A stretch of DNA of 63,649 nt, the filler included, from Octopus bimaculoides (lineage: Eukaryota), in the NCBI RefSeq assembly GCF_001194135.2. It is 8 parts of 8 records of this genome, joined end to end, with 100 filler letters (N's around TTAATTAATTAA, not from the genome) between each part and the next. Parts side by side here need not be neighbours in the genome. Positions count along the whole stretch, not along the records: positions 57,815 to 60,742 come from NC_068994.1; positions 60,843 to 63,649 come from NC_069004.1; 6 more parts are not named here. One strand, 5' to 3'. Position 1 is the stretch's first letter, and every line of letters begins with the position of its first letter. A program made the translations under genes and the position numbers. This document shows, one piece after another, positions 59,459 through 63,649 of the stretch. The notes under the pieces are model-generated. The model had not been told where the DNA came from and made no database searches. It saw nothing but the letters and a program-made list of their open reading frames with translations.

Positions 59459-59683
59459 GCAACATCTTCGCTCTCTATCTATCTTATCAACATCTATGCG
59501 TTGTGTCTACTGACTCAACATATAAGCCCTGTGTTTATACACTCAACATCTACACGCTATGTTTATCGATTCCAACATGTACACTCTGTGTCTATGCACT
59601 CATCATTTACACACTGTATCTATCTTGTCGTTATCAACGACTTGTGTTTATACAGTCAACGGCTATGCCTTGTGTCTATGTGG
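59459..59683 (+). repeat. 28-bp minisatellite, 8 diverged units
   Basis: Units such as TCAACATCTATGCGTTGTGTCTACTGAC / TCAACATATAAGCCCTGTGTTTATACAC / TCAACATCTACACGCTATGTTTATCGAT. Confidence 0.85.
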
Positions 59684-59825
59684 TAAGAAGTTTGCTTCCC
59701 AACCACACCACGGTTCCAGGCTCAGTTCCACCTTAGCACCTTCGGCAAATATCTTCGACTATAGTCTTGGGGTGACCAAAGCCTTGTGAGTGGGTTTGGT
59801 AAATAGAAACTGAAAGAAGCCCGGT
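59679..59825 (+). mobile_element. SINE family A 5' half
   Basis: TGTGGTAAGAAGTTTGCTTCCCAACC...AAAGCCTTGTGAGTGG...GAAACTGAAAGAAGCCC. Confidence 0.8.
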
Positions 59826-59842
59826 GTAAATATAAATATATG

Positions 59843-59909
<67 letters not shown>

Positions 59910-60387
59910 NNNNNNNNNNNNNNNNNNNNNNNNNNNNNNNNNNNNNNNNNNNNNNNNNNNNNNNNNNNNNNNNNNNNNNNNNNNNNNNNNNNNNNNNNNN
60001 NNNNNNNNNNNNNNNNNNNNNNNNNNNNNNNNNNNNNNNNNNNNNNNNNNNNNNNNNNNNNNNNNNNNNNNNNNNNNNNNNNNNNNNNNNNNNNNNNNNN
60101 NNNNNNNNNNNNNNNNNNNNNNNNNNNNNNNNNNNNNNNNNNNNNNNNNNNNNNNNNNNNNNNNNNNNNNNNNNNNNNNNNNNNNNNNNNNNNNNNNNNN
60201 NNNNNNNNNNNNNNNNNNNNNNNNNNNNNNNNNNNNNNNNNNNNNNNNNNNNNNNNNNNNNNNNNNNNNNNNNNNNNNNNNNNNNNNNNNNNNNNNNNNN
60301 NNNNNNNNNNNNNNNNNNNNNNNNNNNNNNNNNNNNNNNNNNNNNNNNNNNNNNNNNNNNTATATATATATATATATATGTATGCGA

Positions 60388-60548
60388 CAGGCGTCTTTTC
60401 AGTTTCCCTCTCCCAAATCCACTCAAAAGGCTTTGGTCGGCCTGATGCTATAGTAGAAGACATTTGCCCGAGGTGTTACACAGTGAGACTGAACCCGGAA
60501 CCATGTGGCTGGTAAGCAAGCTACTTACCATACAGCCACACTTGTACC
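60388..60548 (-). mobile_element. SINE family A 5' half, inverted relative to 59679-59825
   Basis: GAACCCGGAACCATGTGGCTGGTAAGCAAGCTACTTACCATACAGCCAC. Confidence 0.8.
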
Positions 60549-60647
60549 TAATATTTACATTCTGAATCTACTAAGCCAACAACTGCATATTGAGTCTATT
60601 CAGACAATGTCTACAAGGTATATCCATCGAATCAACAAGCACACCAT

Positions 60648-60686
<39 letters not shown>

Positions 60687-60887
60687 TATACATATATATA
60701 CATATATATATACATATATATATACATATATATATACATATANNNNNNNNNNNNNNNNNNNNNNNNNNNNNNNNNNNNNNNNNNNNTTAATTAATTAANN
60801 NNNNNNNNNNNNNNNNNNNNNNNNNNNNNNNNNNNNNNNNNNTATATATATATGTACGTATATATGCATATACTCATTTATTATTTG

Positions 60888-60921
<34 letters not shown>

Positions 60922-60924
<3 letters not shown>

Positions 60925-61065
60925 GTTAGGAAGGGCATCCAGCTGTAGAAACTCTGCCAGATCAGATTGGAGCCTGGTGCAGCCTTCTGGTTCACCAGTC
61001 CTCAGTCAAATCGTCCAACCCATGCTAGCATGGAAGGGAGACGTTAAACGATGATGATGATGATG

Positions 61066-61066
<1 letters not shown>
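60922..61066 (+). mobile_element. RTE-type LINE 3' end with (GAT)n tail; related pieces at 61950-62085 and 62565-62725
   Basis: GGCGTTAGGAAGGGCATCCAGC...CCAACCCATGCTAGCATGGAA..GACGTTAAACGATGATGAT; stem-loop-plus-microsatellite tail of RTE type; assignment from memory, not searched. Confidence 0.7.
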
Positions 61067-61098
<32 letters not shown>

Positions 61099-61469
61099 CA
61101 CATACACAATGGGCTTCTTTTAGTTTTCATCTACCAAATCCACTCACAAGTCTTTGGTTGGCCTGAGGCTATTGAAGAAGATTCTTGCCCAAGGTGCCAT
61201 GTATGCACATATGGGTTTTGGCACTGTTCCATGTTGTTTATATCAACCTTGATCAAACATATCTATCATGAAATTGATTGATTGATTGACTTGGGGCCAG
61301 AGTGGAAGACACTTGCCCAAAGTGCCGCACAGTGGGAACTGAACCCCCATTGGCTTGGTTGTTGTTATTGTTTTATATATTTATGTCAGTGCTGATCAAA
61401 CAGAGCTTTGATTGATGAAGAACATTCTAGTCTTGACCATATCCTCTTTTTGTACATCAAATGATATCT

Positions 61470-61760
61470 TATTTTCTTTTGCTTGTTTCAGTCATTAGAC
61501 TGTGGCCATGCTAGGGCATCACTTTGAAGAATTTTAGTTGAACACATCAACCCCAATGCTTATTTTTTTAAAGCTGGGTATTTATTCACATATGTATATG
61601 ATAGGCTTCTTTTAGTTTCTGCCAACGAAATCCACTCACAAGGCATTGATCAGCCTAAGGTTAAAGGAGCAGATGCTTGCCCAAGGTGTTACACACTGGG
61701 ATTGAACCTAAAACAATGTGGTTCAGAAGCCAACTTCTTACTACACAACCATGACTGCAT
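61470..61760 (-). mobile_element. Decayed SINE family A
   Basis: CTTGTTTCAGTCATTAGACTGTGGCCATGC...AAATCCACTCACAAGGC...CCCAAGGTG. Confidence 0.7.
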
Positions 61761-62096
61761 GTATAGGGTATGATATGAGAGCAATTTAGTGGCTATTTCC
61801 AGCAAGTCAAGAGACTATTTAAGAGCTCCTTTGTTGAACACCGAGACCTGGTGACATACATTGATACTGGTGCTCTTAGTTGACAGGTTTTGTCTTGCAA
61901 GTACTCAGTAACCTTCCTGACACCATGTACAAGTCACCCAGTACACTTTGTAAAGTTATTGGCATTAGGAAGGGCATCCAATTGTAGAAGCAAAGCTAAA
62001 GTAGGCAGTGGAGTTTGGTGCAATCTTCTAGCTTGCCAGTTCTTCTCAGATCATCCAACCCATGCCAGCATGGAAAACGAACCAGTTTAATTAAAA

Positions 62097-62428
62097 AGAC
62101 CCTCTTCAGCCATGAATGACCATGGGATTGAACCTAGAAAGTTCCCTTTTGAAGCACAAGTCTGGTCAAGGTTGTTTATGGAAGACCAGCAGTTGCCCAT
62201 GCTTACCAGCCTCCCCTCTCCCTACCACTGATGTTATCCAAAGGAAAGGCAAAGGGGCCGATACAGCTTGGCACCAGTGATGTCGCAACGCATTTCTACA
62301 TTTGAGTGAACTTGAGTAACGAGAAATAAAGTGTCTTGCTCAAGAACATAACACAGAGCCTGGTTCAAGAACCAAACTCACTGCCTCATGATTGTGAGTC
62401 AGACTCTCTAACCAGTGAGCCATACACC
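62097..62428 (-). mobile_element. SINE family D
   Basis: Reverse complement of 22043-22365. Confidence 0.85.
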
Positions 62429-62819
62429 TTCACATCAATTAAACTAACAACTATGGTATTTGTACAGATCTAGACAATTGTTTGTGTTTGTCTTGTCCTA
62501 TAGAACTGAACATATTGGTACAGATCTAGACAGCATTCTATAAAAAAAAAAAAGCATCCAATACACACAGTAAAGTGGTTGGCATTAGGAAAGGCACCCA
62601 GCCACAGAAACAATTCCAAAGCTGACATGGAATATGATGCAACCTACAGTTCACTGGATCCTATCAAACTGTCCAATCGATACCAGAATAGAAAATGAAT
62701 ATTAAATGATGATGATGATGATGACAACGAGCAGATGAGACATTACTGTAGTCTGCTGGTAAACAATTCTCACAGCCCCTTTCCCCCTCTTTGTTATCCT
62801 TTATATTTTATTCCTTCAG

Positions 62820-62864
62820 AGAGGTTGTTGGTGCAAGAAGCTGTGTGATACATAGGTTACTTAG
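62820..62864 (+). other. Candidate 45-nt internal exon
   Basis: Acceptor TTATATTTTATTCCTTCAG after a long pyrimidine tract, donor TAG|GTAAGG; one open frame ([14 protein letters not shown]). Confidence 0.25.
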
Positions 62865-62871
62865 GTAAGGT

Positions 62872-62873
62872 AT

Positions 62874-62941
<68 letters not shown>

Positions 62942-62942
62942 C

Positions 62943-62987
<45 letters not shown>

Positions 62988-62988
62988 A

Positions 62989-63029
<41 letters not shown>

Positions 63030-63136
63030 CAGATATGGATAGATAGATAGATTGATAGATAGATAGACAGATAGATAGAAAGATAGATTGATAGATAGAT
63101 AGACAGATATATAGATAGATAGATAGATAGATAGAC

Positions 63137-63168
<32 letters not shown>

Positions 63169-63170
63169 GG
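62872..63170. repeat. (GATA)n array
   Basis: Direct reading. Confidence 0.95.
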
Positions 63171-63649
63171 TGGGTAAAAAAGGGCTGGTGGTGTTTCAGT
63201 GATATACATACATAGGCTTACATAAGCGTCATTATAATAAGGATAGAGTAAAGTTAGTAAAGAATATTCACTGCAAGCAACATAAGAGAAAAAGGTTAGC
63301 AAAAAATTATTATGTAGTATAGGAAAAATACTGTATTAGTCATTGATTAACGTCTGTGATTTCTAGTCATCTTATTGAGTGAGATGCTGACTCAGAATTT
63401 CATAAAAATTTTGTAAGTAACATTTATTTTCTATCTTCTATCTTTTACTTGTTTTACTCATTAGACCATGGCCATGCCAGGGCACCATCTAGTACCTATT
63501 TTTTGGCTCCCAGTGGCTATTTTTTTAAGCCTGGTACTTTTGTCGGTCACTCATTGAACTGGTCAGTTATGAGGACATAAGTAAATATCAACACCAGCCA
63601 TCAAGTGTTGTTGGTGGAGCGAACACAGACAAAAATATATATATATATA

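Overview
Repeat-dominated eukaryotic genomic DNA, almost certainly from a coleoid cephalopod (octopus-like). The inference rests on the extreme density of (TA)n/(CA)n/(GATA)n/(AAT)n microsatellites, several tRNA-derived SINE families and RTE and Dong/R4 LINE remnants. It is a gappy short-read scaffold with many N runs, seven synthetic 100-nt spacers (44N-TTAATTAATTAA-44N) and two gap-flanking overlap duplications. Nearly all supplied ORFs are microsatellite or N artefacts, and no intact protein-coding gene is recognisable. Supportable coding remnants are a mariner transposase pseudogene (41.6-42.6 kb, +), a maT/DD37D-like transposase pseudogene (49.9-50.6 kb, -), an RTE reverse-transcriptase fragment (54.1-54.8 kb, -) and three Dong/R4-type fragments (37.0, 37.4, 51.1 kb). 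The most interesting signal is two short-repeat families carrying minimal type I hammerhead-ribozyme folds of the Penelope-associated, dimer-cleaving kind. Family 1 is attached to a tRNA-like head and sits in a 430-bp head-to-head palindrome (5.9-6.3 kb). Family 2 is a ~170-bp element inside (TA)n tracts whose two copies both show U at core position 6 (49.8 kb, 21.4 kb). Two CpG-rich unique islands look like promoters (CRE+CRE-like+RFX X-box at 27.9 kb; twin ETS motifs at 53.0 kb), and a few short candidate exons have good splice sites. Novelty cannot be confirmed without database searches.
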